This document shows positions 63,767 through 64,000 of a stretch of 64,000 bases of DNA, piece after piece. The DNA comes from Felis catus. Lineage: Eukaryota. A program made the position numbers and the translations under genes. The notes beneath the pieces were generated by a model, which had not been told where the DNA came from, made no database searches, and saw only the letters and a program-made list of their open reading frames with translations. The stretch covers positions 190,900,001-190,964,000 of the forward strand of contig NC_058368.1 in assembly GCF_018350175.1 (NCBI RefSeq), in the 5' to 3' direction. The first letter of the stretch is position 1. Every line of letters starts with the position of its first letter.

Positions 63767-63958
63767 TTCTTTTATTTTTTTTTTTAACTTTATTTATTTT
63801 GAGAGAGAGAGATAGAGGGGAGAGATAGAGAATCCAAAGCAGGCTTTGCACTGTCAGTGCAGAACCCAATGCGGGGCTCGAACTCACAAACCAAGAGATC
63901 ACGACCTGAGTCGAAACCAAGAGACGGACGCTTAACTGACTGAGCCACCCAGGTGCCC
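63767..63958 (-). mobile_element. Can-SINE
   Basis: SINE body ending tgagccacccaggtgccc; degraded TSD aggacctggag / aggaactaggg. Confidence 0.95.
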
Positions 63959-64000
63959 TGAGGAACTAGGGTTTTAATTATAATTACATTGAACAGCCTT

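Noticed and set aside
1..64000. SINE strand bias (11 minus vs 4 plus)
   Set aside because: Two-sided binomial p is about 0.12, not significant, and it points the opposite way to the L1 bias
1..64000. CRISPR array, operon, prophage, numt, intact ERV or processed pseudogene
   Set aside because: Mammalian non-coding DNA with no repeat-spacer array, no long ORF and no mitochondrial or mRNA-like segment that I can recognise

Overview
AT-rich, non-coding mammalian DNA from a feliform carnivore, very probably a cat (Felidae). The window holds 15 Can-SINE (SINEC) copies, three of them near-identical young felid-type copies, plus carnivore L1 3' ends. It looks like a large intron or gene desert. I cannot support any protein-coding exon, RNA gene, CpG island or promoter, and I cannot name the locus. 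All ORFs in the track are short and unrecognisable or fall inside repeats. The rest is ancient eutherian repeats (MIR, L2, L3/CR1, L1M, MLT1/MER68/LTR40-type LTRs, MER5/MER20/MER58/MER3/ORSL/Tigger2) and microsatellites. Several repeat-free blocks rich in transcription-factor motifs look like conserved enhancers. Repeat families were assigned by eye from remembered consensus sequences, so subfamily names and old-element boundaries are approximate, and many more degraded MIR/L2 fragments are present than are listed. I found no evidence of a new biological system. The best leads are a probable L1 3' transduction (27913-28543), a three-layer MIR>SINE>L1 nest (37645-38340), strong cryptic-exon candidates (44330-44378 minus; 56657-56718 plus) and enhancer-like blocks near 35.5-36.0 kb and 55.1-55.7 kb.
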